The notes under the pieces were generated by a model, which searched no databases, had not been told where the DNA came from, and saw only the letters and a program-made list of their open reading frames with translations. Both the position numbers and the translations under genes were made by a program. Below, piece by piece: positions 60,901 to 64,000 of a stretch of 64,000 nucleotides of DNA. Source of the stretch: Candidatus Cloacimonadales bacterium (GTDB lineage Bacteria > Cloacimonadota > Cloacimonadia > Cloacimonadales > JAFGVF01); assembly GCA_963663475.2 (NCBI GenBank), contig CAXXJV010000001.1, forward strand, positions 1,248,001 through 1,312,000. Direction: 5' to 3'. Every line of letters starts with the position of its first letter. The first letter of the stretch is position 1.

Positions 60901-62888
60901 ATTATTCCATTATTGAACTCATCATAGATATCTTGTACGTCAATAATTAAAGTATTGTGCCCCATCTCATCCCAAAGAGACTTATACATTGCTAAACCTT
61001 CATTAGCAATGAAATCATTTTTTGTGATAATTAAGCAATCATAGTTGTTCGAAGTAGATTTCAGGTCTGAAGTCTGATCAATTCTTACCTCTAATGGTAC
61101 TTTTTTATTGGCTTCAGTTATAGCTAGATAATGGGTATCTTCAGAATCAACAATATCTTGGAAGGTTACATTATAAGGAGCTTGTCCTAGCTCAAATGCA
61201 GGCTCTACTCTAATATTTTCCATTTTACTTGAGCCAATTTTATAGACTGATACATCTGTAGATTGAAATCCCCCAAGAACAAATTGATAGAGACCATATG
61301 CCTTGTTTTTAGGCTTCTTAAATTTAATCCAATCTAGGTCAGTCTTATATTCACGCCAATAGGTAAGATCTAAGTAATCAAGAGCTACTAACTCATTCTC
61401 TCCATTAGGAGTATCACCAGTAAGACTTATATAAAGAAAGTTTTCTCCATGATTTAAGAAAGAGTTGGGAATTAAATCCTTACTTGTAAAAACTTCCTCT
61501 GTCTGACCTGTCCATACTTTGGAATCTACAATACCTTGATTAAGTCTTACAATTGCATGGTGGTCATTTATTTCTGAATCACTATAAGTCAAACCAAAGA
61601 GTGAAACCTTTGCTTCTAACTTATTGATGTTTAAATCTGCAGGATATTGAAGATCAAAGGGGACAATTTCCAGATTAGGAGCTTTAATTTTTCTCCAAAA
61701 GTAGTTATCTTCCCGGTAATAATTCACATCATAACTATAACCACGACCGATTTTTTCGTAAAAACTCTGAACTTCAAAATGAACATTATGATCATAGCTG
61801 GTTGGTTCTATATAGTCTGCTGAATTAGACACCATAATACCGCCATTTTCCACAGCCATTCTCGCACCTAAACCATCAGTTAATCTTAATTTATAAACAT
61901 TTCTTGAACTATAAGCTGAAAAATAAGAAGTTTCTCCTGGATTTCTTTTTCCATAAAATTCAAAATAATCTTGTCTGTCAAATGAACCATCTTCTTCTCC
62001 AGCAAAATAAATTGGTTCAAGACCATCTTTACTCTCAAGCTGTAAATATTTAGGATTAATATTTCCTAAATCCCAACCTAGAGAAAGACCAGTTAATTCT
62101 TGATACTCTTCTAACTTCTCTTCTAAAAAATCATAGGTTATTTTGTAAAGGCCATCTTCTAAAACAACTAAATCGATAGCATTATGACTGTAGCTTTGTC
62201 TGGTGACATCACCATCATAAACTAAATCCTTTCTCCATTTTTTGGAAAATCTATTATTGATAAAGAAGTCATCCCCAAGTCTGTCTATATAATTATCTGA
62301 TATGTACCAGTCTCTTTTTTCACTTAGATCACCTTGGATAGTGATCTCAAATTCTATATATTCATGAACATATAGCTTTTTCTGAAACTCATTATACTGG
62401 AAAGGAAAAAGCTGAAAACTTGTAAAATGTCTATCACCAATAAAGGCAGGCTGCCCTTTAGTGATAATCTTTTGAGGATACAGTTCATTCTTAAGTTTTT
62501 GAGGATTAGGGTTAGATTCTTGATATTCAACCTCATTATTAGCAAGAATATTTACTATTGGAGATCTTTCTAAATTTAAATTTTTGTATTCTTTACTTGT
62601 TTTTTTAATAATTCTAAGATTAATATCTCCATCTTCAGGAATACCTACTGCATCAGCAAAGTAAGGAATAATTGCTTTTTCTTCCTCAAAAGTAAGTTCT
62701 GAATCAACAATATTAATTTTATCAGCTGGTGAATTGCTTGTTTTACTTCTTTCAATGGTATAATCAGGAACTTCAAATCCGATCCTAATGTAGGCTTCGT
62801 TCATGTCTAGGATTTTAAAATCATAGCCAAAAAGATACTGGGATAAGACTATAAATATAGCCGTTAATATTATTATTCTTTTAGTCAT
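57927..62888 (-). CDS. PorU-like C25 (gingipain-family) cysteine peptidase/sortase
   Basis: C25 propeptide-like N-terminus; QDIYDEFNNG, GHGG (His), LAC (Cys), IGDP; NYPNP...LANGVYFY C-terminal domain. Confidence 0.85.
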   Translation of the reverse strand: MTKRIIILTAIFIVLSQYLFGYDFKILDMNEAYIRIGFEVPDYTIERSKTSNSPADKINIVDSELTFEEEKAIIPYFADAVGIPEDGDINLRIIKKTSKEYKNLNLERSPIVNILANNEVEYQESNPNPQKLKNELYPQKIITKGQPAFIGDRHFTSFQLFPFQYNEFQKKLYVHEYIEFEITIQGDLSEKRDWYISDNYIDRLGDDFFINNRFSKKWRKDLVYDGDVTRQSYSHNAIDLVVLEDGLYKITYDFLEEKLEEYQELTGLSLGWDLGNINPKYLQLESKDGLEPIYFAGEEDGSFDRQDYFEFYGKRNPGETSYFSAYSSRNVYKLRLTDGLGARMAVENGGIMVSNSADYIEPTSYDHNVHFEVQSFYEKIGRGYSYDVNYYREDNYFWRKIKAPNLEIVPFDLQYPADLNINKLEAKVSLFGLTYSDSEINDHHAIVRLNQGIVDSKVWTGQTEEVFTSKDLIPNSFLNHGENFLYISLTGDTPNGENELVALDYLDLTYWREYKTDLDWIKFKKPKNKAYGLYQFVLGGFQSTDVSVYKIGSSKMENIRVEPAFELGQAPYNVTFQDIVDSEDTHYLAITEANKKVPLEVRIDQTSDLKSTSNNYDCLIITKNDFIANEGLAMYKSLWDEMGHNTLIIDVQDIYDEFNNGIISADAIKDFLSYAYHNWSNPRLRSVLLAGDATYNTTDNSPTAVYNVIPYRKIWTWKHGVTPSDNWYGCIIGDDHIAEIAVSRINVWEAEQISDIAQKSYSHIKETDYESLGSAHVTLTAGGKIDDGNDIFSQQEEIIRRRMINNDYRVSRVYTTTQTVNPNYYGSTFRLKDNIDQGTNFLQFMGHGGGRIWADYNLLNFNDIRTLNNDYYPFVSSLACYASSFDYPGASCISEAFVSEPGKGAIATVGFSGLGYLNQDLIFGTALADGYFRTELDNLGDVLNYTKAKFYVKASGSARVALTAGCVLIGDPNIPIHKPKKRLEVTTDKEIYAPGDTIRVSMNTDIPGLEKAKLYVIDKDGLIQNIAYYLPVIAGQYNHTHLIPEEADQGQFYRIRVESFDSQAVYFGEKTVGVGDSNFANISHSPAQPSVFDSVRVSCNIITENEIESVTLDYSSASSKNRTSIPMELVAGSENQYISSLAIPQHSADREITYTIQVLTSDQEMITSNQHNYIVLGPDLAVISGELINMSGIPTLKYIIKNRGNYDSQEANYQLDRLDLESSNNIQIYENILPGLAMNDETQLLIPIEDYTAGNYRFTLRINYPNSFSEITQTNNTHTIENIMNYQVIGNLGGQVTSPDKTTELVIPAGYSNTEMLYNITHTDYLSPYQQPDVQTVFVDSGHESRVYDISCLNSEIADSTGLLLNGELDLKIKYAKLDSLTNYYANNNQIKLFRWEDRYQKWIHQGGFTSTDDGTIRGRVSKLGKFTILRNKDDILPQIDPNVQEQEFTQGGYISGKGTISLVLSDANGIDVDENRFALYLNGQQVEEEDLIITQNDNNINNIPIKYHLDLPRGEYTLVVDCTDVSGNFNSLDVTFKVNTTFDIINIANYPNPVVAQAREPENDGRTRFTYTLTDDADNVDIIVYSVSGRKVMEFNNLPTSVGYHEYPRSVYGWNCKDKAGFDLANGVYFYKVIAKRGSKKVEKIQKMAIIK

Positions 62889-63031
62889 TTTATATCTCTC
62901 TCACTTTAGTTATATAGTTATTAAACAGTATTATAAATTACTATTATTATCAACTGAAAAATGTGATCATTATTCAGTTATTCAATACAAACATCATTTT
63001 ATTAAGAACAATAATAGTGATTTCCTCCTAA

Positions 63032-64000
63032 TTACTTTTGTGGCCTCATGCCAATATCTGTTCTAATAACTTTTCCTTGGAAGAAAATATTTTCGACTAA
63101 AGAATAAGCTCGGTGAATTAATTCATCTCTATCATAACCTAATGAGGTAATTCCTAATACTCTGCCTCCATTTGTCAATAATTTTCCTTCACTTTTTTTC
63201 ACACCAGCATAATAAACCTGGCTATCTTTATCTATATCATGGACTTCAATTACCTTATTTTTTTCATATTTACCTGGATATCCCTGGGAAGCACATACTA
63301 TATTTATGGCAAATTTATCCTGCCAACTTAGTTGAAGCTTATTTACTGACTTATCTGCTATTGCTTGACAAACTTCAACAAAATCTGTCTTTAACAAAGG
63401 CAATACAACCTGAGTTTCTGGATCTCCAAATCTGCAATTAAATTCAATTACTTTAGGTCCTTCTTTCGTGATCATTAACCCGCAATATAAGACACCTGAG
63501 AAGGGACAACCACTATCACTTAAAGCCTTCAAAATTGGCTTAAAGACATCTTTCTCAATATCATATCTATATTTTTCAGCTTCTATTATAGGGGCAATAG
63601 CTCCCATTCCTCCAGTGTTTGGTCCTTTGTCTCCTGCCTCTAACTGTTTGTGATCCATAGAAAATATAGTTGTTACAAAATTCTCACCATCACAAAAAGC
63701 AAAAACTGATGTTTCCCAACCCTCAAGAAACTCTTCTATTACTAACTTATCACCAGCCTGTCCAAATTTACTGTCTAACATAAACTCTTTAAGCTCTTTT
63801 TGGCCACTAGCTTGATCTTCTACTATTACAACCCCTTTACCTGCTGCCAATCCATCTGCCTTAAATACTAAAGGATAGTCACACTTACTAATATAGGCTA
63901 AAGCTTGCTCATAGTCTGAAAATACTTGATATTTCGCTGTTGGTACATTATATCTCTGCATCAAATCTTTAGCAAAAGCTTTACTAGACTCTATTCTAGA
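63032..64000 (-). CDS. purD: Phosphoribosylamine-glycine ligase (5' end beyond the window)
   Basis: KADGLAAGKGV, GPNTGGMGA, EFNCRFGDPETQ, TNGGRVL. Confidence 0.97.
   Translation of the reverse strand, partial: SRIESSKAFAKDLMQRYNVPTAKYQVFSDYEQALAYISKCDYPLVFKADGLAAGKGVVIVEDQASGQKELKEFMLDSKFGQAGDKLVIEEFLEGWETSVFAFCDGENFVTTIFSMDHKQLEAGDKGPNTGGMGAIAPIIEAEKYRYDIEKDVFKPILKALSDSGCPFSGVLYCGLMITKEGPKVIEFNCRFGDPETQVVLPLLKTDFVEVCQAIADKSVNKLQLSWQDKFAINIVCASQGYPGKYEKNKVIEVHDIDKDSQVYYAGVKKSEGKLLTNGGRVLGITSLGYDRDELIHRAYSLVENIFFQGKVIRTDIGMRPQK

Overview
AT-rich bacterial window, probably Candidatus Cloacimonadota. This is inferred from six ORFs ending in a YPNPFNP...IYNIKGQ...SGIYFY...KMILMK-type FlgD-Ig/T9SS-like sorting domain and from PorU/PorV homologs. 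(1) 1.2-16.2 kb: a complete type I-B CRISPR-Cas locus (cas6-cas8b-cas7-cas5-cas3-cas1-cas2-cas4). It has a probable internally translated Cas11 and an array of 88 copies of a 37-bp repeat, counted by eye. (2) 17-22 kb: a KamC/MutS-like ATPase and two ECF sigma loci. (3) 22.7-35.6 kb: five tandem secreted sorting-domain proteins. (4) 36-44 kb: metabolic genes separated by nested non-coding repeats. (5) 45-64 kb: one long minus-strand gene run, purD-porU-porV-lipoprotein-SLBB-wzc-ispE-prs-rplY-pth-rpsF-ssb-rpsR-DUF2232-rplI-hyp-dciA-rpe-ffh. The intergenic DNA is built from recurring modules: REP-like arms, an IS982-like MITE that favours TAA/TTA, an ISL3-like MITE with 8-bp TSDs that carries REP pairs, a GC-rich structured element and a long palindrome. 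These modules nest inside each other and bracket the CRISPR-Cas locus. No transposase, rRNA or tRNA was seen. All calls come from reading the sequence by eye; no searches were run.
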